Under the pieces are notes generated by a model. The model was not told the DNA's origin. It saw nothing but the letters and a program-made list of their open reading frames with translations, and ran no database searches. A stretch of DNA of 61,373 bases from a bacterium (GTDB lineage: Bacteria; Patescibacteriota; Minisyncoccia; Phycocordibacterales; UBA9973), in contig JBAXTS010000002.1 of NCBI GenBank assembly GCA_037130055.1, forward strand, positions 1-61,373, read 5' to 3'. A program made the position numbers and the translations under genes. Below are positions 45,157 through 54,267 of the stretch, one piece after another (the first letter of the stretch is position 1; the number at the start of each line of letters is the position of its first letter).

Positions 45157-45227
45157 GGGCCTATAGTTCAGCGGTAGAATTCTCGTCTCCAAAACGAGCG
45201 ACTGAGGTTCAAATCCTCATGGGCCCG
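45157..45227 (+). tRNA. tRNA-Trp (anticodon CCA)
   Basis: Hand-folded: acceptor GGGCCTA/TGGGCCC, anticodon loop CTCCAAA, T-loop TTCAAAT. Confidence 0.9.
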
Positions 45228-45242
45228 CAGTTATAACAATAT

Positions 45243-45914
45243 ATGCAAAAAAATTATAAATATTTGAGTATTATAAGTGTTTTCTTTGTTTCAGTACTGC
45301 TCATTTCAAACGTAGCTTCAACAAAAATAGTAGATTTGAAATATTTTGTATTTGATGGAGGAACATTGCTTTTTCCTCTCTCTTATATATTTGGAGATAT
45401 TTTGACAGAAGTTTATGGATATAAAAGGTCCAGAGGTGTGATATGGCTCGGTTTTTTTATGGCACTGCTTATGTCGGTTGTTTTCATTATTGTGGGGAAG
45501 CTTCCACCAGCATCAGATTGGCATAATCAAACAGCATATGACGCTATTCTAGGGCTAACACCGAGGATAGTAATAGCCAGTTTGATTGCGTATTTTTTTG
45601 GAGAATTTTCTAATTCTTTTATTTTAGCTAAAATGAAAATGTGGACAAAAGGTAAGTGGCTTTGGACACGAACAATTGGCTCTACTGTGGTTGGAGAGTT
45701 GGTAGATAGTATGTTGTTTATTTTGATAGCTTTTACTGGTATATTGCCAAGTTCATTGCTCTTTACACTGATAATTTCAAATTACATATTCAAAACAGCA
45801 GTAGAAATACTGTTTACGCCAGTAACATATAAAGTAGTAAAATTTTTAAAACTTAAAGAAGAGGAGGATTATTACGACAAAGATACCAATTTTAATCCGT
45901 TTGCTGTAAAATAA
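45243..45914 (+). CDS. yhhQ: queuosine precursor transporter (YhhQ/DUF165 family)
   Basis: ISNVASTKIV...GGTLLFPLSYIFGDILTEVYGY signature. Confidence 0.85.
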   Translation: MQKNYKYLSIISVFFVSVLLISNVASTKIVDLKYFVFDGGTLLFPLSYIFGDILTEVYGYKRSRGVIWLGFFMALLMSVVFIIVGKLPPASDWHNQTAYDAILGLTPRIVIASLIAYFFGEFSNSFILAKMKMWTKGKWLWTRTIGSTVVGELVDSMLFILIAFTGILPSSLLFTLIISNYIFKTAVEILFTPVTYKVVKFLKLKEEEDYYDKDTNFNPFAVK

Positions 45915-45924
45915 TTTCATAAAA

Positions 45925-45964
45925 AAGCATAATTTTACCTCAGCTTGATCTCATCAAACTGAGG
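45925..45964 (-). terminator. candidate terminator of islet F
   Basis: Minus strand CCTCAGTTTGAT-GAG-ATCAAGCTGAGG followed by TAAAATTATGCTTTTTT. Confidence 0.4.
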
Positions 45965-46028
45965 AATCGTGGTGATATATTTCTACCCGCCGAAACGTTA
46001 TCGGCGGGGGTTCTATTAATACCAATTG

Positions 46029-46511
46029 CTAAAATTTTAGCACCATTGGTGTCTTGTTGCCCCAGCGATTCAGAGACCTTACATGAAGGTGAACCTCGTT
46101 GCTTACTCCACCTTCCTTCTCGTGTTCAAGATAAAGAACCGACCATTTCGAAGAGACTGATACATACCCGAGGATGAGCTGTATCTCTCTCTTGCCTTCT
46201 GGAATTTCCAGAAGTGAAAAGTCTTCTTTACCCAAATAAGCAAGAATAGCGCAGATTCTTCTTGTGTCTGGGCTTTTGCTGATGTCGAGAAATAGTGATT
46301 CCGTGATTATCTTGTCTGTGTTGCTGCCTGTGTGTGTCTGAAATACTTTACAGTCAAGATGATCCACATAATATTTTTCTCCTGCTGTCTCGATTAGTTT
46401 ACGGAAATCACGGTCAACCCTAACCACTCTTCCATCAAAGAAAGATTCTGGGTTAGTGTAACCTGAAGCACGACTGATCGAAAATCTTTTGACCAGGGTT
46501 GGTAAGCTCAT
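46029..46511 (-). CDS. hypothetical 160-aa protein (islet F)
   Basis: Visibly more GC-rich than its neighbours; GGAG 8 nt upstream of the ATG; no family recognised. Confidence 0.65.
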   Translation of the reverse strand: MSLPTLVKRFSISRASGYTNPESFFDGRVVRVDRDFRKLIETAGEKYYVDHLDCKVFQTHTGSNTDKIITESLFLDISKSPDTRRICAILAYLGKEDFSLLEIPEGKREIQLILGYVSVSSKWSVLYLEHEKEGGVSNEVHLHVRSLNRWGNKTPMVLKF

Positions 46512-46531
46512 TGTTCAACTCCAATTCATAA

Positions 46532-46539
46532 GGGGGGGG
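46532..46539. repeat. G8/C8 homopolymer in the 5' region of the islet F gene
   Basis: Read directly; 21-28 nt upstream of the ATG on the coding strand. Confidence 0.9.
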
Positions 46540-46605
46540 TAGGGTTACCTGTGTTGTTGTGAATAGCAAAATCTCACGTAATTCTATATATTGAAAGTGA
46601 AGATA

Positions 46606-47463
46606 TCATGAAACATATTTAATGAGAGGAATAATATTATTTAAATTATTCTTTGGGTCTGCATCCAGCCATTTGATGCTCTTATCTCTTTTAAACCAAG
46701 TCATCTGACGTTTTGCATATTTTATAGTTTCTAATATTACTTTTTTTGGAGTGGGCTCATTGTATTCAAAGCCAAATTCTTTTAGTCGTTTGTCTGATAC
46801 ACCATTCTTTTTTAATTTTTTAATTTCATTTAATAATCCCATTTTAAACATTTTTTTGACTCTTCTTTCTACTTTCTTTTTTAATAAATCTTCCGGCAAA
46901 TATAACCCAATTTTTATAAATTTATATTTAGGTTTAACTTCAATAATCTTTGGGACTTTTCCTAAAGCCTTGGCTATCTCTATAGCTCTAATTAGTCTTA
47001 CTTTGTTATTTTTATCTATACTCTTGGCGCGAGAGGAGTCCATTTTTTTTAATACTTTAAAAAGCTCTGCTTCTGATTTTGTGGATAAAATTTTCCGAAG
47101 TTTATTATTTGGCGGAACCTCAGGAAAAACAACGCCTTTAGTTATGGCGTCAATGTAAAATCCAGTACCACCACAAATAATGGGTATTTTTTGTTTATTA
47201 ACAATCTCTGATATCGCAGAGTTTGTTAGCTTTTGATATTCAGTTACAGAAAATTTATGCTTTGGATTTGCGACATCAATAAGGTGGTGAGGCACACCAT
47301 GCATTTCTTTCTTAGATATTTTTCCTGTTCCAATATCAAGACCTTTGTAAACTTGCCTCGAATCAGCAGAAATTATTTCGCCATTTATTTTCTTGGCGAT
47401 TTTTACAGCTAAAGCACTTTTTCCAGTAGCTGTTTGTCCTAAAATTACAATTACTTTTTGCAT
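46606..47463 (-). CDS. miaA: tRNA dimethylallyltransferase
   Basis: P-loop GQTATGKS and DSRQVYKGLDIGT motif. Confidence 0.93.
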   Translation of the reverse strand: MQKVIVILGQTATGKSALAVKIAKKINGEIISADSRQVYKGLDIGTGKISKKEMHGVPHHLIDVANPKHKFSVTEYQKLTNSAISEIVNKQKIPIICGGTGFYIDAITKGVVFPEVPPNNKLRKILSTKSEAELFKVLKKMDSSRAKSIDKNNKVRLIRAIEIAKALGKVPKIIEVKPKYKFIKIGLYLPEDLLKKKVERRVKKMFKMGLLNEIKKLKKNGVSDKRLKEFGFEYNEPTPKKVILETIKYAKRQMTWFKRDKSIKWLDADPKNNLNNIIPLIKYVS

Positions 47464-48983
47464 TACTTCAGTATTTTAATATCAGCGCCAATAGAATTCA
47501 AGCGTTCGGCAATTTCTTCGTATCCTCTAAATATCATATAGACATTTCGAAGGACAGATGTGCCGGGAGCTCCGAGCATAGAAATGAGTATTACCATAGA
47601 GGGTCGGAGAGCTGGAGGGCATACTACTTGCGCAGCCTTGAGAGGTGTTCCTCCTTGTATATATACTCTATGTGGGTCAGCCAAGGTAATGTTTGCTCCG
47701 AACCTATTCAGTTCTGTAAAATAGATAGCTCTGTTCTCATAGACCCAATCATGAATCATTGTTTGACCACTGGCTTTGATTGCGATAGGAACAAAGAATG
47801 GCAAGTTGTCAATATTTATCCCAGGGTATGGATTGGAATGAATTTTATCCGCTAGAGCTCTCAGTTTACTTGGAAATATTTCTATGTCTGCAAGCTTGGT
47901 GCGGTTGTTGTATGAATGGTACTTTTTAAGGATTTTAAATTTTAGATTCATTCTTTTTAACTTTTCTAGTTCAAGAGAAAGAAAATCAATTGGGCACCTG
48001 GTTATCGTAAGTCTTGAGTCAGTAACAATACATGCAGATATGAACATCATTGATTCTATTGGATCTTCACTATTCCAATATTCAATATTTTTATTTATAT
48101 CCTTAACTCCATGCACTATAAGTGTCGAAGAACCAATACCTTCAATTTTTACCCCAAGTGCCTCGAGGAAGAAGCATATTTCCTGTACCATATAATTTGC
48201 ACTGGCAAATGATATAGTCGTCACTCCATCAATTAACGCAGCAGCAGTAAGAATATTTTCGCAGGCAGTATCACCTGATTCGTACATTACGATTTCAGCT
48301 GGTTTTAGTTTAGTAGTGCTTATTCTATAATCGTCTGAAGTGGTTTTTATCTTAATACCGAGCTCTTCTAGTGCGTAAGTATGAGCCGCTATAGTACGTT
48401 TTCCTAGATTGCATCCTTGAGCGTGAGGAAGAGAAAATGAAGTCAAGTGGTGAATCAACGGACCAATAAGCATCACCACCGAACGGGTTTTTACAGCAGA
48501 AGAGACATTAATATTTTGTAGCTTGAATTGTTTTGGTGGAGTAAGTGCTACAGTGTTTTGACTTTGCCATTTTACTTGTACCCCTATACTTTCGAGAATC
48601 TCTATAACTCTATTAACTTCTTCTATGCGCGCAATTCCGTGAAGTGTTGTAATTCCTTTGTTTAGAAGGGAAGCACACAATAATCCAACAGATCCGTTCT
48701 TTGAGAAATTTGTTTTGATGCTCCCGCTTAGTTTTTTTCCACCATTAACCTGAAAATCAATTGAATCATTTATGCAAACGAGTTTGTGTTCTAGAATACT
48801 GCTTATTTTTGATAATAATTCTGTGGTGAAATTTTGTTCACCCTTTTCCATACGGGGCACAGAGCTTTGAGAAGTGCCGAGCTCTTTTGCGAATTCTTCC
48901 TGCGTTAACCCACGACGTTCACGTAACTCTTTAATAAAAAAACCTATTTTTTGTTGTTCTGTTTCTTTTATATTTTTTGACAT
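47463..48983 (-). CDS. murA: XRE-type HTH domain fused to UDP-GlcNAc 1-carboxyvinyltransferase (MurA)
   Basis: N-terminal IKELRERRGLTQEEFAKELGTSQSSVPRMEKG, then the MurA/EPSP-synthase fold (LSGSI...SKNG, GC at the catalytic Cys position, C-terminal RGYEEIAERLNSIGADI). Confidence 0.85.
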   Translation of the reverse strand: MSKNIKETEQQKIGFFIKELRERRGLTQEEFAKELGTSQSSVPRMEKGEQNFTTELLSKISSILEHKLVCINDSIDFQVNGGKKLSGSIKTNFSKNGSVGLLCASLLNKGITTLHGIARIEEVNRVIEILESIGVQVKWQSQNTVALTPPKQFKLQNINVSSAVKTRSVVMLIGPLIHHLTSFSLPHAQGCNLGKRTIAAHTYALEELGIKIKTTSDDYRISTTKLKPAEIVMYESGDTACENILTAAALIDGVTTISFASANYMVQEICFFLEALGVKIEGIGSSTLIVHGVKDINKNIEYWNSEDPIESMMFISACIVTDSRLTITRCPIDFLSLELEKLKRMNLKFKILKKYHSYNNRTKLADIEIFPSKLRALADKIHSNPYPGINIDNLPFFVPIAIKASGQTMIHDWVYENRAIYFTELNRFGANITLADPHRVYIQGGTPLKAAQVVCPPALRPSMVILISMLGAPGTSVLRNVYMIFRGYEEIAERLNSIGADIKILK

Positions 48984-49029
48984 AAGAATAGTATATCTCA
49001 TATATGAGATAATGCAAGTGTGCAAATAG

Positions 49030-49113
49030 TGCCCGGGGAGAGAATCGAACTCTCATGTTGTTGCCAACAATAGATTTTGAGTCTATCGCGTCTACCAATT
49101 CCGCCACCCGGGC
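49030..49113 (-). tRNA. tRNA-Leu (anticodon CAA), type II
   Basis: Hand-folded: acceptor GCCCGGG/CCCGGGC, anticodon loop CTCAAAA, long variable arm TGTTGGCAACAACAT. Confidence 0.9.
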
Positions 49114-49159
49114 ATCTTTCAAAACATTAAGTTTTGAATCCTGATAAATCAGGACCGCT

Positions 49160-49228
49160 GCCCGGGTGTCGGCCTCCTCGCTTTGCTCGGATGAAAACCA
49201 AAGCAGTTTGGTTTTCATCCACCCGGGC
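49160..49228. other. GC-rich nested hairpin built on a copy of the tRNA-Leu acceptor sequence
   Basis: GCCCGGGTG...CACCCGGGC closing stem around a perfect 14-bp hairpin GGATGAAAACCAAA-GCAG-TTTGGTTTTCATCC. Confidence 0.5.
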
Positions 49229-49301
49229 AATGCACACATTCTACACAAGTTTATACTTGAAATCAATTTAATAATTTTTATGAATATGTTACAATCAAAT
49301 A

Positions 49302-50336
49302 ATGTCGAACATTTATTCCAATTCAATATTCTGGATTGACACAGATAAAATTAAGCCAAACCCTTTTCAGCCAAGGCGCGATTTTGATGAGGCTCGTTTG
49401 CAGGATCTGGCTGACTCTATCAAGCAATATGGCGTGCTTCAGCCACTTACAGTTTCTAGGGTTGAAGTAGAGAAAGAAGGAGGAGAGGGCATTTTGACCG
49501 AATATGAGCTCATTGCTGGAGAACGCAGACTTAGAGCTACGAAGCTCGCTGGCGTATCTCAGGTTCCAGTAATTATTCGTACTGGGGATACAGCAATTAT
49601 GAAGCTTGAGCTTGCAATTATTGAAAATTTACAAAGAGAAGATCTAAATGTAGTAGATAGAGCTCGTGCTTTTTTCCGCCTTGCAAGTGAATTTAAGTTC
49701 ACACATAATGAAATCGCCAAAAAAATGGGACGCAGCAGGGAATATGTTTCAAACTCTCTACGCATACTAGGATTACCAGAGGAAATTCTAAACGCATTAT
49801 CAGAAGGCAAAATTACAGAAGGACATACTAGGCCGATATTAATGTTAGCAGACCACCCAGAGGAACAATTGGTATTATTCAAAGAAATTGTTTATAAGAA
49901 AATAACTGTTCGCGAAGCCGAAAGGTTGGCAAGAAAGATTGCGTATGATCGTGTTCGCAAGAAAGAATTCATGCCTGATCCAGAAATTACAGAGCTAGAG
50001 GAGGAGTTTCAAGAAAAACTCGGGACTAGAGTACACATAGACAGAAAGGAGTTGGGCGGACAAATTAAAATTGACTTTTTTTCAACAGAAGACCTGCGAA
50101 CTATTCTAGACTTAATACAAAAAGGAAGTATAGAAAAAAAGCCAGCAGAAATGATGGAAAACTATATTGCACAAAATATCCCTCAAGAGATCAAGTCTGT
50201 AATAGAAAATTTACCCGAGGATACGAGCATCAATGCAGTTGAAACAGCCCTAGATACGCCAATTGACGATAGAACAAAAGAAGAAGCCCAAAAAGACGAA
50301 ACTGATTTGTATAATATCTCAAGTTTTAGTATTTAG
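49302..50336 (+). CDS. parB: ParB/Spo0J chromosome partitioning protein
   Basis: ParB N-terminal box (LIAGERRLRA), an HTH, and an acidic C-terminal tail. Confidence 0.9.
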   Translation: MSNIYSNSIFWIDTDKIKPNPFQPRRDFDEARLQDLADSIKQYGVLQPLTVSRVEVEKEGGEGILTEYELIAGERRLRATKLAGVSQVPVIIRTGDTAIMKLELAIIENLQREDLNVVDRARAFFRLASEFKFTHNEIAKKMGRSREYVSNSLRILGLPEEILNALSEGKITEGHTRPILMLADHPEEQLVLFKEIVYKKITVREAERLARKIAYDRVRKKEFMPDPEITELEEEFQEKLGTRVHIDRKELGGQIKIDFFSTEDLRTILDLIQKGSIEKKPAEMMENYIAQNIPQEIKSVIENLPEDTSINAVETALDTPIDDRTKEEAQKDETDLYNISSFSI

Positions 50337-50371
50337 TATATGGAGATAGCAAAAATAACATAACCAGAGTC

Positions 50372-51841
50372 CTAGCTACGACCGAATGAATTTAGCCTAG
50401 AAAGAAGAGTGTTTTTCTCCATATATGATTTAATGTGTTTTTTTGCAATTGTTGTTTTTACTCGTTCTAGCCACTTCTCTGATGGCTTAGAATTTTTTTT
50501 GGTTATTATTTCTACGATATCTCCATTCTTTAGTTTTGTAAAAATTGGACACATATTCCCATTTACCTTTGCTGCAGAGGTGTGTTCACCAATATCAGAA
50601 TGTATAGAGTATGCAAAATCAATCGGGCAAGAATCCTCTGGTAAGTCGATGACATCTCCTTTTGGAGTAAAAACGAAAATACGATAATTAAAAAAATCGG
50701 TTTTGAGGTGGTCGATAAAAGTCTTTGGGTTGTCCGGATTATAATTCAATTCCTTTAGCTCTTCGATCCATTTGAATTTGCTTTTGTCATCTTTTGCCTT
50801 TTTGTCACCGTGTTCTTTGTATGCGAAATGAGCAGCAATACCATATGCAGCCTCCGCGTGCATTTTCTTGGTTCTGATTTGAACTTCGGCAGCACCACCA
50901 AGACCTGTAAGTATGGTGGTGTGTATTGATTGATAGCCGTTTGGTTTTGGAACCGCAATATAATCTTTGATTCTTCCAGGCAATGGATTCCAGATAGAGT
51001 GGACGATACCAAGAACTCTATAACATTCCTCGACAGTATCAACAACCACACGAAGAGCAACGATATCATAAATCTTCTCAATATCCATATCGTAGCGCAA
51101 GAGTTTTTTGTAAAGACTATATTTGTGCTTTAATCTAAAACTAATCTCAACCAATTTTACTTTATTCTTCTTTAGTTCCTTTTTTAATTCTCCACTAACT
51201 TCTCTTAGATTACCCTCATAGATATTCATTCTATCTTTGATCATTTCTTCGGTCTTGAGAAACTCTTTTGGATAAGCATAAGGAAATGCAGCGTCCTCGA
51301 TTTCACCTTTTAATTTTCCCATACCGAGACGGTTTGCGAGTGGTGCATAAACCTCAATTGATTCGATGGCAATTCTTTCTCTTTTGTCTTCTCGTACGTG
51401 TTTTAGCGTTCTCAAATTATGGAGTCTATCGGCAAATTTTATAATCACCACTCGTAGATCATTTGCCATAGCAATGAAAAATTTGCGCAAACTTTCCACG
51501 TGTCTTTCATGTCCTCTATATTTCAAGGTTCCGAGCTTAGTAACCCCTTTAATTAAAAATACAATATCATCACCAAATATTTTTTGAATTTCTTCTTCCT
51601 TGACTTGTGTGTCTTCTAGTACATCATGAAGCAATCCAGCGGCTATGGTTTGTACATCCATGCCTTGTTTTGCAAGAATTTTTGCTGTTTCTACGGGGTG
51701 AATAAAATATGGCTCACCACTCATTCTTTTTTGCCCTTCGTGAGATTTCTCGGAAAATATATATGCTTTGCTGAGTAATTCAGTATCATTTTTGTTCAGT
51801 CCGCCGTCTATTAGGTCAATTATTTCCTTTATATTTGACAT
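50372..51841 (-). CDS. bifunctional (p)ppGpp synthetase/hydrolase (RelA/SpoT homologue)
   Basis: HD domain (HPVE...LLHDVLEDT), synthetase region (RVKD-like YIAVPKPNGYQSIHT) and a TGS domain. Confidence 0.9.
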   Translation of the reverse strand: MSNIKEIIDLIDGGLNKNDTELLSKAYIFSEKSHEGQKRMSGEPYFIHPVETAKILAKQGMDVQTIAAGLLHDVLEDTQVKEEEIQKIFGDDIVFLIKGVTKLGTLKYRGHERHVESLRKFFIAMANDLRVVIIKFADRLHNLRTLKHVREDKRERIAIESIEVYAPLANRLGMGKLKGEIEDAAFPYAYPKEFLKTEEMIKDRMNIYEGNLREVSGELKKELKKNKVKLVEISFRLKHKYSLYKKLLRYDMDIEKIYDIVALRVVVDTVEECYRVLGIVHSIWNPLPGRIKDYIAVPKPNGYQSIHTTILTGLGGAAEVQIRTKKMHAEAAYGIAAHFAYKEHGDKKAKDDKSKFKWIEELKELNYNPDNPKTFIDHLKTDFFNYRIFVFTPKGDVIDLPEDSCPIDFAYSIHSDIGEHTSAAKVNGNMCPIFTKLKNGDIVEIITKKNSKPSEKWLERVKTTIAKKHIKSYMEKNTLLSRLNSFGRS

Positions 51842-51883
51842 AAAATGAGTATATCACCTATAACTAAAATAAAAAAATACTAA

Positions 51884-54100
51884 TTATGCTTCAATTTTTG
51901 GTATTTTGTGTGGATTGTGGTTAGGACACGCTTTGTTGCTGCAACGTTCAGGAATTGTTTTTGTGCCTTCCATCATTAGACTGCCGCACTCCTTACAAAT
52001 ATTTCCTGTAGGCTTTGCTTTTATTGCAAATTTGCAGTCTGGATAATTTGAGCATGAATAGAAAATACCAAACCTACCACGTCGTTCGGAAATATCTCCC
52101 TTCTTGCATATAGGGCAAATTACACCTGTTCTTTTTCTAGCTTCTTCTGCTTCATCTTTTTTAATAAATTTACATTTTGGATATCTTGAACATGATATAA
52201 AAGTTCCCGTACCATCTCGTCTTTGTTTGATGACAAGTTTTCCTCCTCCTGATTTTCCCTTTTTTTCTCCACATAAAGGACACATCTCACCAGTTTCCTC
52301 GGGACCCTTCAACTCCGTGCCATCGAGCATGAGAGCACCATCACAATCAGGATATTTAGAACAAGAATAAAATTTACCACCACGTGAAAGCTTAATAATC
52401 ATTGAACTGCCACATTTTGGGCATTTAATATTTTCTGGTGCATCTCCCAAGTTTGTTGCTTTCTCGAGTTTTTCTTTTGTTTTTACTTCTTTAGAAAAGG
52501 GGATATAAAAATCTCTCAAGGTTTTTTCGTATTCACTTTCGCCACGAGAAATTTCATCCAACTTATCTTCCATCCCAGCAGTAAATGTATCCGAAATATA
52601 ATTTGCAAAATGAGCTTCGAGAAAATCAGAAACAACCTCGCCTACATCTGTAGGGAACAGAGTTTTGTTTTCTTTTTTTACATAACCACGATCTTCGATC
52701 GTCCTCATTATCGATGCATAAGTAGAAGGTCTCCCTATGCCTCGACTCTCTAGCTCTTTGACGAGACCTGCTTCAGAATATCTACCAGGAGGTAATGTAA
52801 ATTTTTCTTCACTTATTAAATTAAGTAATTTAAGTTTTTCACCTTCTTTACATATAGGAAGCTCTACATCATCACCACGTGCACCGACATCAACGGCAAG
52901 CCATCCTGGGAAAAGTAGACGAGAACCCACTACTCCAAAGTTCGGCAGGTCTTCATGTCCTTCTATCACTGCAGTTATTTTTGTTTTTAGTAATTTTGCA
53001 TCAGTCATTTGGGATGATACTGCGCGTTCCCATATGAGACGATAAAGTCTGCTTTGATCATCATTGCCTGCTTGTAGTTTTTCTATATGAGTGGGACGAA
53101 TAGCTTCATGTGCTTCTTGAGCATTTTTTGATTTAGTTTTATATATATGTGCCTCAGCATAGTTGTCACCATACTCCTTCTTGATAAAAGAAAGAATCTG
53201 ACCCTGAGCAACAGTAGATAGATTTGTACTATCGGTTCTCATGTATGTTATATGTCCAGCCTCATAGAGCTTCTGTGCTATTTGCATAGTGCGCGATGGA
53301 GAGTATCCAAGACGCGAGCTAGCAGTTTGTTGTAAAGTAGAAGTAGTAAATGGTGCGCGCGGGGTACGTTTTTGTTCACTTTCTTTTATACCACTTACAA
53401 CCCAGATTCCAGACTTTCCTAATTCTAATATTTTTGATACGAGTTTTTCGTCTCTTGGTTCCTCACTGCATTCCAATGTTATTTTATCTTTCTTTTCAGT
53501 ATCAAATAATCCTAGTATCTTCCAATATTTTTCTGGAACAAATGCTCGAATTTCACGCTCACGTTCCATTATTATACGAAGCGCAGGGGACTGAACACGG
53601 CCAGCAGAGAGTCCATATCTAACTTTCTTCCAGATAAGGCCACTCAAGTCATACCCTACGAGCCTATCCAATACTCTACGCGCCTCTTGTGCCTTACGGA
53701 GTGCAGTATCAATTTGTCTTGGGTGCTTAATAGCTTCTGTCACTGCATCTTTTGTAATTTCATAGAAAGTCACACGCTCTATAGGCGCCTTAACTTTTTT
53801 GTCTTCATTTAATAGTGTTTCAATATGCCAAGCGATAGCTTCGCCTTCACGGTCGGGGTCTGTTGCTAAAAGTATTTCGCTCGCTTTTTCTGCGAGTCCT
53901 TGAAGCTCATGAACAATTTTTTCTTTACCCTTTGATATTTCGTAATGAGGTATAAAACCACCTTCTATATCGATAGCTTGTTTGTTTGATTTAGGTAAAT
54001 CACGAATATGACCCACCGAAGCGCGTACAGTAAAAGCACCCTCGAGATATTTCTCGATTGTTTTTGCCTTAGATGGTGATTCCACAATTAATAATTTCAT
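51884..54100 (-). CDS. topA: DNA topoisomerase I
   Basis: Toprim N-terminus (LIVESPSKAKTI), catalytic region (YITYMRTDS), and multiple C-terminal CxxC zinc ribbons. Confidence 0.97.
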   Translation of the reverse strand: MKLLIVESPSKAKTIEKYLEGAFTVRASVGHIRDLPKSNKQAIDIEGGFIPHYEISKGKEKIVHELQGLAEKASEILLATDPDREGEAIAWHIETLLNEDKKVKAPIERVTFYEITKDAVTEAIKHPRQIDTALRKAQEARRVLDRLVGYDLSGLIWKKVRYGLSAGRVQSPALRIIMEREREIRAFVPEKYWKILGLFDTEKKDKITLECSEEPRDEKLVSKILELGKSGIWVVSGIKESEQKRTPRAPFTTSTLQQTASSRLGYSPSRTMQIAQKLYEAGHITYMRTDSTNLSTVAQGQILSFIKKEYGDNYAEAHIYKTKSKNAQEAHEAIRPTHIEKLQAGNDDQSRLYRLIWERAVSSQMTDAKLLKTKITAVIEGHEDLPNFGVVGSRLLFPGWLAVDVGARGDDVELPICKEGEKLKLLNLISEEKFTLPPGRYSEAGLVKELESRGIGRPSTYASIMRTIEDRGYVKKENKTLFPTDVGEVVSDFLEAHFANYISDTFTAGMEDKLDEISRGESEYEKTLRDFYIPFSKEVKTKEKLEKATNLGDAPENIKCPKCGSSMIIKLSRGGKFYSCSKYPDCDGALMLDGTELKGPEETGEMCPLCGEKKGKSGGGKLVIKQRRDGTGTFISCSRYPKCKFIKKDEAEEARKRTGVICPICKKGDISERRGRFGIFYSCSNYPDCKFAIKAKPTGNICKECGSLMMEGTKTIPERCSNKACPNHNPHKIPKIEA

Positions 54101-54120
54101 GGCTGATTTTTAAGGAGTTT

Positions 54121-54218
54121 AGCGACTATAAAAATCGACACCCTGTTAAATGCCCTTTGGGCAATTTTTGCTTCGCAAAAATTATTTAACAGGGTAAGAA
54201 AATTATACTCACTTCGCT
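54121..54218 (-). repeat. S-element copy 2: palindromic promoter/leader module upstream of topA
   Basis: The minus strand is homologous to 6407-6501, and the homology continues to the start codon. A TATAAT lies just upstream of the structured core. Confidence 0.8.
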
Positions 54219-54267
54219 CGTTAATTTACTTAGTATTACACGAAAGTTATTTTTTTAGCAACTTTTT

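Noticed and set aside
45915-46030. tRNA-Trp-derived fragment (ACTGAGG) next to islet F
   Set aside because: Only 7 nt match, and the string is part of a local hairpin. This is insufficient evidence.
49160-49228. Small SRP (4.5S) RNA or another known housekeeping RNA
   Set aside because: It lacks the conserved domain IV asymmetric and symmetric loops and the GGAA-type tetraloop. The central stem is a perfect duplex, unlike SRP RNA.
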